DNA from: Pseudodesulfovibrio piezophilus C1TLV30
GTDB lineage: Bacteria; Desulfobacterota; Desulfovibrionia; Desulfovibrionales; Desulfovibrionaceae
NCBI RefSeq assembly: GCF_000341895.1
Contig: NC_020409.1
Span: 2,520,001-2,552,000, forward strand
Length of the DNA: 32,000 bases
Reading direction: 5' to 3'
Made by a program: the position numbers and the translations under genes. The notes under the pieces are model-generated. The model saw only the letters and a program-made list of their open reading frames with translations. It had not been told where the DNA came from and did no database searches. Shown in pieces: positions 9,047 through 17,016 of the stretch. How positions within the stretch are numbered: position 1 is the stretch's first letter; each line of letters opens with the position of its first letter.

Positions 9047-9877
9047 TTAGATGATGATGGCGTCATCATCGCATTTGATTTCAATGATTCCCTCCGGGTC
9101 GATGAGGCAGGAACCAGCGGAGAGCATGTGATCGACAAGGTGGGCGGCTTTTTCCGGCACCCAGTCCACAAAGGCCTTGATTTCCTGACCTTCAGCCAGC
9201 CCCATGGCGTTGCGATGATAGATGAAGCAACTGCGGCTTCCCGCATCCATGGGCAGACCGGTGTGGAACATCCAGGTGATGCCGAGCCACGTACGGGACT
9301 CGGTTCCGTTCAGCCAGGGGTATTGTTCTCCGGCAAAGTCACTGGATTTGAACTCTTCGACATTGAGCAGTTCATTCCACTGGTGCGGGCCGACCACGGC
9401 AAACCGGTGCCCGTCGTCAGCGACGTCGTTGGCGTTGAGTGTGCCGAAGGCCTGAAGGATCTTGTCTTTGGTCAAGCCGGTTTCGGCTTCGGCCACGATG
9501 TTTGCCGCACCGGACATTCTGGTGATGAGCAGTTCATCGATCTTGCGCCCCAGAGCCCAAGCACCTGCTTCGGCTGCGACCTTTTTTTCGTCCTGCTTTT
9601 CCTTAAGCTCGTCGAGCTTGTCCACGTACTCGGCTGCATACCAATCGGACAGGGTGCAGGAGACGGTGGAGTGGTTGAGGTTCATCAGCGGAACATTGCC
9701 GTGGCGGCTTTTTTTTCCTGCCGCTCCCTTGCCGACCTTCTGGAAGACGCACTTGGAGCCTTCCACACCGGTCTGAAGGCGCACGGTGTTGCGAAGCTTG
9801 GAGCCTCGTTGCTGATAGGACTGATGCACCATTTCGGTGTATTCAGAGACAAATGAGTTGGCGATGGTTGTCGACAT
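9047..9877 (-). CDS. phage major capsid protein (HK97-fold, podovirus BPP-1/P22-coat-like pattern)
   Basis: 276 aa, GAGGAGAAAG SD. The N-terminal pattern FVSEYTEMVHQSYQQRGSKLRNTVRLQTGVEGSKCVFQKVGKGAAGKKSRHGNVPLMNLNHSTVSCTLSDWYAAEYVD resembles capsid proteins of BPP-1-type podoviruses as I recall them. The antisense 286-aa + ORF is low-complexity. Confidence 0.7.
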   Translation of the reverse strand: MSTTIANSFVSEYTEMVHQSYQQRGSKLRNTVRLQTGVEGSKCVFQKVGKGAAGKKSRHGNVPLMNLNHSTVSCTLSDWYAAEYVDKLDELKEKQDEKKVAAEAGAWALGRKIDELLITRMSGAANIVAEAETGLTKDKILQAFGTLNANDVADDGHRFAVVGPHQWNELLNVEEFKSSDFAGEQYPWLNGTESRTWLGITWMFHTGLPMDAGSRSCFIYHRNAMGLAEGQEIKAFVDWVPEKAAHLVDHMLSAGSCLIDPEGIIEIKCDDDAIII

Positions 9878-9934
9878 TGCTGTCTTTCTCCTCTTGACGT
9901 TTCAGGTTTTCTGAGCGGGTGTCCGAAAACGTCT

Positions 9935-10008
9935 CCATCGAGTGGATATCCAGCTTGCGAAGGAAACCGTTTCAGTTCGCAAGGCCGGGCCGTCGAGTGG
10001 ATTTCCGG
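9935..10008. repeat. 19-nt imperfect direct repeat pair in the capsid upstream region
   Basis: CCATCGAGTGGATATCCAG (9935-9953) and CCGTCGAGTGGATTTCCGG (9990-10008) share 16/19 positions, 55 nt apart. They bracket an 8-bp inverted repeat CTTGCGAA...TTCGCAAG (9953-9983). Confidence 0.5.
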
Positions 10009-10208
10009 GCCGGATGAGAGGAGCCTACCCCCTGTTTTTGTGGCAAGATGTCATGGGGTGAGAACAGGATGAGAACGGGTGAAAAAAGTACAGGAAAAGG
10101 TGTTGACGTTGTTTGTGGGGAAGACGGCCTCAAGATTTGTTAAAGTAGGGGAAGGGAGGTTTCTCGGCATGGGAGAAGCGTGCTATGGTCATGACAAGGA
10201 GGAATGTC

Positions 10209-10484
10209 ATGAAGCTGATGTCTGCCATATGTCTTGGAGTTTTGTTGCTGCCCACTCCCGGCTTGTGCGGGACAGATGAGTATTCCGATGTCAGGGAAAG
10301 CTATGAGAGCAGCGCCACCAGTGCCATGCAAAGTCAGGTGCTCAGGGAATATTTCAATAAATCGAATGGAAAAGTTGATGAGGCGACAGTCAGGAAGAAG
10401 CGCCAGGGGGCAGAGGAGCTGCACCGGAAAACCTTTGGTGACGGTCAGAATGCGGAAGTCTGGGGAACGAGGTCCTCCGAATAG
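10209..10484 (+). CDS. small secreted hypothetical protein
   Basis: AAGGAGG SD 6 nt upstream of ATG 10209. Signal-peptide-like MKLMSAICLGVLLLPTPGLCG followed by a hydrophilic 70-aa tail. No motif recognised. Confidence 0.5.
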   Translation: MKLMSAICLGVLLLPTPGLCGTDEYSDVRESYESSATSAMQSQVLREYFNKSNGKVDEATVRKKRQGAEELHRKTFGDGQNAEVWGTRSSE

Positions 10485-10507
10485 TGTCGGGGGCAGGACC
10501 CTCGCGA

Positions 10508-11512
10508 CTATATGACTTCAAAAAAGGATCTGATTTCCTCCATGTCGTGGGTTATGCCCAGAACACACATGAGGCGGATGCGCGCTTTCGGGCCGCCCAA
10601 ACGGCCACAGAGAATAACTCCGCGATCTTCCAGATCCGCTCCTCCACCGGGGTAGCCGTAGATAGGCCAAACACCACCTTCGATACAGCGGGTCGCCAAG
10701 ACGACCGGAATGTTCTCCTGCATGCACTCCTCCAGTGCCGGGACAAGATCAGGGGGGACGTTCCCGGCACCAAATCCTTCAATGACAATCCCTTTGTTCT
10801 CAGATGCTTTTACGTGGTCGATAAGTGATCGATCCATGCCCGTATATGCCGTGATGAGCGCAACATTCGGTTCAATGGAATCGGGACTGATGTGGTGCCG
10901 GGTGGCATGATGCAGCGGACATCCGGCGAGGATTACCGATTCTCCGGCTACATAGCCGACCACTCCCGCCTCGCGTGACTCAAAGGCATCGACATTCAAG
11001 GAGTTGACCTTGACTGCTTCCCGTGCCGTGAAAAGTCGGTCGGTCATCAAAATACAGGCTCCGGTTCCGGTGGGAATGGGGAGCAGGCACGCTCTGACGG
11101 CGTTGATAAGATTGCGGACACCATCATAGCCGGATTCGGAGTAATACCGCATGCTGCCGGTCAGGATGACGGGTTTGTCGGAGTTGATGACCAGGTCGCA
11201 CATGTATGCGGATTCGGCCAGGACGTCGGTCCCGTGGAGAATGACCGCGCCAAGCACCGTATCCCGGCCCAGAGCGGAATCCACTTCTTTGGCCAGTCGA
11301 AACATGTCCGAGGGCGTCATGTGCGGGCTCGGTTTGTCTGACCATGCGACCGGGGTAAGACGAATCCCTTCTTCTTGAGGAGCCAACTGGTTGAGCAGTT
11401 TTTCAAAGTTGCCACCAGGAGCCACGCCATGAATCCCTTCGGATGGGGACATTCCAATGGTTCCGCCAGTGAAAAAGACGACGATCTCGGATTGGGTGCT
11501 TTGATATGCCAT
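10508..11512 (-). CDS. L-asparaginase (type I-like asparaginase/glutaminase family)
   Basis: N-terminal VVFFTGGTIGM (TGGTI active-site threonine motif), ILHGTDVLAESA (HGTDT-like second motif), and the GFGAGN block. Confidence 0.85.
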   Translation of the reverse strand: MAYQSTQSEIVVFFTGGTIGMSPSEGIHGVAPGGNFEKLLNQLAPQEEGIRLTPVAWSDKPSPHMTPSDMFRLAKEVDSALGRDTVLGAVILHGTDVLAESAYMCDLVINSDKPVILTGSMRYYSESGYDGVRNLINAVRACLLPIPTGTGACILMTDRLFTAREAVKVNSLNVDAFESREAGVVGYVAGESVILAGCPLHHATRHHISPDSIEPNVALITAYTGMDRSLIDHVKASENKGIVIEGFGAGNVPPDLVPALEECMQENIPVVLATRCIEGGVWPIYGYPGGGADLEDRGVILCGRLGGPKARIRLMCVLGITHDMEEIRSFFEVI

Positions 11513-11588
11513 GATAAGCCAGAAGTTTTATGTTGTTTCTTTGGACCGTGTTATCGATTTTGTGTGGCAGGCCCGGCCGGAAAGGGCA

Positions 11589-11609
11589 AGAGGAAAGTGC
11601 TTTCCCTCT
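11589..11609 (-). terminator. short hairpin just after the FrnE-like stop
   Basis: Minus-strand AGAGGGAA-AGCAC-TTTCCTCT (8 bp including one G-U) starts 1 nt after TAA, followed by TGCCCTTTCC. May be a weak terminator or attenuator before the asparaginase gene. Confidence 0.3.
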
Positions 11610-11610
11610 G

Positions 11611-12216
11611 TTATTTCCTTTCTTCAATGGATTGGAGAGCGCTCCTGAATCGATTTTCCGGGGCCGCTCCAATAATCGGAGGCAGGTCTTCAATGAAAAA
11701 AGTTGGCACCGCTGTGATGCCACGCTTGCGGGCCTCCATGGTTCCCTGGGCCACTCGGTTGGAGTGGATGCCGGTATTCAGCGCCTTTTCCAGTTCCTGC
11801 GGATCAAGCCCGATCTGCTTCGCGATACCTTGAAGTACCCGTCTGTCTCCGATGTCGTGTGTCTCAGAAAAATATGCTTTGAAAACAGCGTGATGGAATG
11901 CGTCATAATGCCCGTTCTCTCGCGCATATTCTGCTGCTTCCAGCGAAGAATGAGAGTTGCTTAACCATGTGAGAGCACCGAATTTCAGGTCATATGGGAG
12001 GACTCGTCTCCGGCACTCCGCGAGCATGTGGTCCACATCGAACTGGCTGAAAAGCTCATTCATGGCACGTCCCTGTGGAGGTGTCTCAGGATGAATCTCA
12101 TGGGGGACCCAGATGTCTTTGATATCGAAATCCTTTTTGAGTGTGTCGACAATTCCCGTGCCGACATAGCAGAAGGGTCAGATGAAGTCGGAAAAAATGG
12201 TGATGGTGATTGCCAT
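11611..12216 (-). CDS. DsbA/FrnE-family thiol:disulfide oxidoreductase with in-frame UGA (predicted selenocysteine) in the U-x-x-C active site
   Basis: The track ORF (11611-12063) lacks the thioredoxin active site. The same frame continues upstream to ATG 12216 (GGGAG SD 5 nt upstream). It reads MAITITIFSDFI-TGA-PFCYVGTGIVDTLKKDF...; the family signature SDF[IV]-C-P-[FW]-C-Y-[IV]-G has TGA (12178-12180) at the first Cys. A SECIS-like hairpin follows. Confidence 0.75.
12144..12166 (-). promoter_or_regulatory. candidate bacterial SECIS stem-loop
   Basis: mRNA UGUCGGCA-CGGGAAU-UGUCGACA: 8-bp stem (one G-U) and a 7-nt G-rich apical loop. The stem begins 11 nt and the loop 19 nt after the UGA, within the UGA-to-loop spacing I recall being reported for bacterial SECIS elements. 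Confidence 0.55.
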
Positions 12217-12306
12217 GTTCACTCCCTGTTTGATCTGACAAGATCATAACAGGAGTCAGCAGGAAATGGCATTGCAAAAAAACAGTATTTTCGGCCTGAA
12301 GATGCT

Positions 12307-14910
12307 TCAGGAAGTCGGGCCTGCAGCGAGAAGCAATGCTTCGTGTACCGCTTGAAGCCGGGCAGAATCGGTCAGTTTGCCCCCCTCGGTATCACGGATA
12401 TGGAAGATGTCCGCAGCACGTCCCTTGATGGTGGTTATCTTGGCCAGATGGATCGAAAGGGACAGGTTGGCAAGGGTACGGGCCATATCGAAGAGGAATC
12501 CTGTCCGGTCCGTGGCAGCCACTTCGATAACGGTATAAAAATCGCTTGCCGAATTGTCTATGGTGACGATGGGGCGAAGTCTGGGACCGGGGCGTTTCAT
12601 TGTCAGTGGGGAATTTCGCCGGTCTTCCAATCTGGATTCGATGTCCAATTTCCCCACCCTTGCATACCCTATGGACCGTTTGACCCGTGCCCACACTTCA
12701 TGGGGAAAGAGATTTTCCGGTGGTTCGCCGACAGTGAAAACATCCACGGCAGTGCCGTCTTTCCAGGTAAAAATATCCGCTGCCAGGATATTGAGACCGT
12801 GCAGAGCCAGTGCTCCGGCGATAGTTGCGAAGAGACCGGGACTGTCCAGGGCGGCAATGGTCAGAGTGTATGTCCCGTCAGCCTTGCCGAGAGCAGCCTC
12901 GATGATGCTGACTCCTTTGCCAGCGATCTTGGAAGGTTTACGAATACGGTCTTCAGCCACGGCATCCCGAAGTTTGAGAACCTGTTGCATCTGCTTCATC
13001 AGGGTCTCGGTGTTCAGTGCCAGAAAAGCGCGCGGAGGCATGGCTTCTATCGCATTTCGGACAAAATCGCCATCCATGTCGGCCACGGCTGTGATGATGG
13101 CATTTTTTGCAGAGACGAGTCGCCGGGCTTCCCTGGGATGGGAGAGAGGTCCATGCTCCAGCAGGTTTCGAACTTTGTAATAAAGTTCTGAAAGCAGCGA
13201 TTGGGTCCAGCTGTTCCAGGCTCGTGGGCCGGTGGCCATGGAATCGGCAACGGACAGAAGGTGAAGCATCTTAAGTCTGTTCCGGGTGCCTATGATTCCG
13301 GCCACATCCGAAATCACTCGCTCATCGCTGAGGTCTCGTCGAGTTGCTGTTTTGGGAAGCAGAAGATGGTGTTCAACAAGGAAAACCACATCGTCGATGA
13401 TTGTGGGGTGTTGTTCATACCGGGTCAGTACCTCGCGGGCAATGGAGGCTCCAGCCAGTGAATGGCTGGACTCGCCCTTGCCGAGATCATGGAAAAACCC
13501 GGCGAGTATCAGTGTCTCGGGCCTTTCAATTGTCGCGGCCATGGCTCCGGTCCAGTCCGAGGTGTCGTTGTTGAACGATGCCAGTCGGGCTATGGTCGCC
13601 AGGGTGTGCCGCCCCACGGGATGAACATGATAATCGTTGAACTGGATGAGGTGTTCCACATCGCCGAATTCCGGGAAAATGGCAGGAAGCAGGCGGGTTT
13701 CCAGCAGTCCGTCACAGGCCGGTCCCGCGTGGGGGGCCATGAAAAGTTGTATTAGTGTGGAGAGTGTTGTTTTTCGGTCGATGAGCTTTTGGGCAAACCT
13801 GCCTGGGGTCTGTCGGATCAGGCGTCTGGCCCCCCATGTGAGAGGCAGCCCGGAGCGGGCGGATTCGAGGAAGGCGTTCAGAATATTCTCCGGGGTGGCT
13901 GCGGAGTGATTCTTGAAATAGATGCCTTGTGGCCCTACCCCGAGGTTGCTGGCAAGTAATGTGGGCGGGTTGGAAAGAGGCAGGGGGAATCCTTCCTGAA
14001 AAATGGCCTGCCGCATGGCTTTGATGCGGGTCATGGCCTGATGCAGTCGGGAGAGGAAAAATTCAACGCTTCGTCCTTTGGCTTCAGGGGAATCATCCTG
14101 TGCCGTAAATCCCATGAGGCGGGCGGTTGGAGGTTGAAGATCAAAAAAGAGTTGGTCGTTCTTCCGTCCGGCAGCCAGATGGAGAGCGGTACGAACTCGG
14201 TTGAGAAAGGCCTGGTCTTCACGCATGCGGGCCAGTTCTTCAGGGAGAAAAACCGGCTTGGCTCCCATGACAGCCATGAATCTGGTAAGCCAATGAACTT
14301 GTTGGCCGTCTCGCAGCCCCCCTAATCCGTTTTTCAATTCCGGTTCCAACATCCCGGTAGCATCGCCGTACTGATGGGCGCGGGTCTGGTTGTGCTCGGC
14401 AAGGTTTCTGGCAAAATCAGTCCCTTTTCTATTCAGGACTTTTTTGTCAAAAGCAGTGCCGAATGCTTGGAAAACCTCGGCGTCTCCAGCCAGTGGGCGA
14501 GCATCGAGCAAGGAGGCCAGAACTTGAAAATCCTTCCTTGCCAGTGACGTGCAGTCGGCAACAGTACGAACGCCGTACCCAAGGTCCAGATTCAGATCCC
14601 AGAGCGGGAAAAGAAGCGTTTTGACAAAGGCTTCGGCGGCCTGTGGAATGCGCCGCTTGAAGAGAAGCAGCACATCGATATCCGAACCGGGGCATAATCT
14701 GCCTCGACCATATCCGCCCACAGCGATGAGGGTGAAGGTGAAGCGCTGAGGACCGGCTTCGAGAATGCGTTCTTCGAAATAGCGATCCACCATATGGGTA
14801 TATTCCCAGGCAAAACCGCCAACACTTCCATTCCTTGCGCGTTCCCACAGGGAATGCCTGGCTGCTTTGAGTCGTTTGGCTGATTCTGGCAGGTGGCTGT
14901 CTGGTTGCAT
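12307..14910 (-). CDS. glnD: [protein-PII] uridylyltransferase / uridylyl-removing enzyme
   Basis: 867 aa from ATG 14910. Nucleotidyltransferase block AVGGYGRGRLCPGSDIDVLLL, HD domain FFHDLGKG...HH, and two C-terminal ACT-like repeats (TLTIAALDSPGLFATIAGALA; TVIEVAATDRTGFLFDMARTLA). The 48-aa N-terminal extension in the track has no support. Confidence 0.9.
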   Translation of the reverse strand: MQPDSHLPESAKRLKAARHSLWERARNGSVGGFAWEYTHMVDRYFEERILEAGPQRFTFTLIAVGGYGRGRLCPGSDIDVLLLFKRRIPQAAEAFVKTLLFPLWDLNLDLGYGVRTVADCTSLARKDFQVLASLLDARPLAGDAEVFQAFGTAFDKKVLNRKGTDFARNLAEHNQTRAHQYGDATGMLEPELKNGLGGLRDGQQVHWLTRFMAVMGAKPVFLPEELARMREDQAFLNRVRTALHLAAGRKNDQLFFDLQPPTARLMGFTAQDDSPEAKGRSVEFFLSRLHQAMTRIKAMRQAIFQEGFPLPLSNPPTLLASNLGVGPQGIYFKNHSAATPENILNAFLESARSGLPLTWGARRLIRQTPGRFAQKLIDRKTTLSTLIQLFMAPHAGPACDGLLETRLLPAIFPEFGDVEHLIQFNDYHVHPVGRHTLATIARLASFNNDTSDWTGAMAATIERPETLILAGFFHDLGKGESSHSLAGASIAREVLTRYEQHPTIIDDVVFLVEHHLLLPKTATRRDLSDERVISDVAGIIGTRNRLKMLHLLSVADSMATGPRAWNSWTQSLLSELYYKVRNLLEHGPLSHPREARRLVSAKNAIITAVADMDGDFVRNAIEAMPPRAFLALNTETLMKQMQQVLKLRDAVAEDRIRKPSKIAGKGVSIIEAALGKADGTYTLTIAALDSPGLFATIAGALALHGLNILAADIFTWKDGTAVDVFTVGEPPENLFPHEVWARVKRSIGYARVGKLDIESRLEDRRNSPLTMKRPGPRLRPIVTIDNSASDFYTVIEVAATDRTGFLFDMARTLANLSLSIHLAKITTIKGRAADIFHIRDTEGGKLTDSARLQAVHEALLLAAGPTS

Positions 14911-15090
14911 GGCTGTTCCCCAAAGCGAGAGTGAAGTGGTGTTGAGATCAGCAAGAGAATCGCCGGGGCATGGTTGGGGACCCCGGCGATCCTGCCGCCC
15001 CCTGCAAAAGGGAATGGCAACCGTGAACACGGTCAAGGGGGTTGGTCGAAACACGAGTTTGGGACTCTCAAACCGTCACAAGGCTTCGAT

Positions 15091-15120
15091 CCGTCCGGAC
15101 AGGGGGGCCTGTCCGGACGG
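15091..15120 (-). other. perfect 13-bp GC-rich stem-loop between glnK and glnD
   Basis: CCGTCCGGACAGG-GGGG-CCTGTCCGGACGG lies 8 nt downstream of the glnK stop. There is no U-run, so an RNA stability/processing element or partial terminator is more likely than a classical terminator. Confidence 0.6.
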
Positions 15121-15128
15121 GTGATGTG

Positions 15129-15494
<366 letters not shown>

Positions 15495-15530
15495 TCAATG
15501 ACCTGTTTCATGTCGTGGCAAGAGGCCATG

Positions 15531-16733
15531 TTACCATTGATAGCCTGTTTCGCTGTGTTCGGCGATGTCCATGCCCCTGTCCTGCTCCTCATCCGTGGCC
15601 CTGAGGCCGATGGTCGCATCCACGACCTTGAAGATAATGAAGGTCATGACAAAACAAAAGGCCCATGTCGCGATAACAGAGACAAATTGTATCCAGAGTT
15701 GTTCGGCATTTCCGGCGATGACTCCCTTGGCTCCGACAGTGGCGAAGACTCCTGTAGCCAAGGCTCCATATGTCCCGCCCAGTCCATGAATACCGACGAC
15801 ATCAAGGGCGTCGTCGTAGCCGAACCTGTTTTTGATCATAATCCCGCCGTAGCAGATGACGCCTGCGCCAAGACCGATGACGATGGCCCACATGGGGGTG
15901 ACGAAACCAGCGGCCGGGGTAATGGCGACCAATCCGGCTACGGCACCGGATGCGGCACCCAGGGTTGTGGCTTTCCCGCCATGCAGCCATTCCGCTGCGA
16001 TCCATGACAGGGCAGCGGCTGCGGTTGCCATGTGGGTTGTGACAAAGGCATTGGCAGCGGCACCGTCAGCGGCCAGAGCCGAGCCTGCGTTGAAACCGAA
16101 CCAGCCAAACCAGAGGATCCCTGCGCCGAGAATCGTCATGGGGAGGTTGTGCGGAATGAATGGCGTGGAGCCGTGTCCCTTGCGTTTGCCTATGAGAATA
16201 CAGCAGCAGAGGGCAGCTGCACCCGAGCTCATATGAACAACCGCGCCACCAGCGAAGTCCAGCGCACCCATTTCCCCCATCCAGCCTCCGCCCCAGACCC
16301 AATGGCACATTGGAGTATAGACCAGGAGAAGCCAAAGGGCTGAAAAGACCATGAATCCGGCAAATTTCATGCGTTCGGCAAATGCCCCCGAGATAAGCGC
16401 CGGGGTGATCACCGCAAACATGCATTGAAAGATCATGAAGGTGAGGTGAGGGAGATTTGCGGCGGGAGACCCGGCGTTGTCCATTCCCACGCCTTGCAGG
16501 AATGCGAAGTCCAAACCGCCTATGAGTCCGCCTATATCGGTTCCGAAAGAAAGTGAATATCCGCAGACGGCCCACAGGATCGAAACCAGTCCCAACATGA
16601 TGAAGGACTGCATGATTGTGGCGAGGACATTCTTGGAGCGGACCAAGCCGCCATAAAAAAGAGCCAGTCCCGGGGTCATAAACATGACCAGCGCCGCACA
16701 GATGAGAATAAATGCGTTATCAACAAAATTCAT
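15531..16733 (-). CDS. amtB: ammonium transporter
   Basis: 400 aa and multi-TM. Amt family blocks FYGGLVRSKN, DFAGGAVVHMSSG, GWFGFNAGSA and VGIHGLGGTYGAL. Confidence 0.95.
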   Translation of the reverse strand: MNFVDNAFILICAALVMFMTPGLALFYGGLVRSKNVLATIMQSFIMLGLVSILWAVCGYSLSFGTDIGGLIGGLDFAFLQGVGMDNAGSPAANLPHLTFMIFQCMFAVITPALISGAFAERMKFAGFMVFSALWLLLVYTPMCHWVWGGGWMGEMGALDFAGGAVVHMSSGAAALCCCILIGKRKGHGSTPFIPHNLPMTILGAGILWFGWFGFNAGSALAADGAAANAFVTTHMATAAAALSWIAAEWLHGGKATTLGAASGAVAGLVAITPAAGFVTPMWAIVIGLGAGVICYGGIMIKNRFGYDDALDVVGIHGLGGTYGALATGVFATVGAKGVIAGNAEQLWIQFVSVIATWAFCFVMTFIIFKVVDATIGLRATDEEQDRGMDIAEHSETGYQW

Positions 16734-16757
16734 TTTTCATACCTCCGGCGGCACGCA

Positions 16758-16774
16758 TTGCAAAAGGGGGACCA
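16758..16774 (-). promoter_or_regulatory. sigma-54 (-24/-12) promoter of amtB-glnK
   Basis: Minus-strand TTGGTCCCCCTTTTGCA has GG-N10-GC spacing and a TTGCA -12 element, 25 nt upstream of the amtB ATG, with GGAGG SD in between. Confidence 0.6.
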
Positions 16775-16803
16775 ACTTTCGATGACGGGATTATTGGGTT
16801 TTG

Positions 16804-16838
16804 TACAAAAGTGCATGAAAGTGGTTTGACAAAAGTGC
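16804..16838 (-). promoter_or_regulatory. two copies of an 11-mer (ACAAAAGTGCA on +) upstream of the sigma-54 promoter; candidate NtrC-type enhancer sites
   Basis: Copies at 16804-16814 and 16828-16838. The first forms an imperfect palindrome TGTAC-AAAA-GTGCA, reminiscent of TGCAC half-sites of NtrC boxes. They sit 30-80 bp upstream of the -24 element. Confidence 0.4.
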
Positions 16839-17016
16839 AAAAAAATAAAAAAAATTACCAATATTGTTAACCCCGTTCATTACATATTTGAAAGGTGCAT
16901 GGAGGGAGTGTAGACAAATTCAAAATCCTGAAATCCTCCCATTTGACCTGGAGGGGGTGACCGTCTACGGTGTTAATGGATCAATCCAGATGGAATGCGC
17001 GAAGGGGGATTTCGCC

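Noticed and set aside
8996-9856. 286-aa + ORF overlapping the capsid gene
   Set aside because: Gly/Val/Phe-rich low-complexity translation typical of an antisense frame in GC-rich coding DNA. The minus frame gives a capsid-like protein with a strong SD.
9047-9877. Encapsulin rather than phage capsid
   Set aside because: The sequence pattern resembles podovirus capsid proteins rather than family-1 encapsulins as I recall them. No cargo-type gene with a targeting peptide is adjacent, and cognate portal, scaffold and adaptor genes exist in the window.
12178-12180. Reading the in-frame TGA as a simple nonsense mutation (frnE pseudogene)
   Set aside because: The stop falls exactly on the catalytic Cys of the CxxC motif. 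Both flanking reading-frame parts are intact, and a hairpin with SECIS-like spacing follows. The pseudogene alternative is kept as the refutation condition in the finding.
12343-13191. 282-aa + ORF inside glnD, together with many other 60-210-aa ORFs nested in large genes (for example 3239-3859 and 20229-20765)
   Set aside because: All are antisense or out-of-frame shadows of well-supported long genes.
14911-15054. N-terminal extensions proposed by the ORF track (glnD to 15054, MCP to 4483, pat to 21423, zupT to 27570, 16864 start, 24573 start, 1636 start)
   Set aside because: The extensions start at non-ATG or SD-less codons, add non-conserved or implausible residues, or overlap the upstream gene. 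Internal ATGs with SD sequences give canonical protein N-termini.
16748-16760. + strand GGCACGCATTGCA resembling a sigma-54 promoter. A similar GGCACGCATTTTGG occurs at 26601-26614.
   Set aside because: At 16748 the GG-to-GC spacing is 8 nt, not 10. Both elements point away from any + strand gene. The shared 10-mer GGCACGCATT is expected many times by chance in 32 kb.
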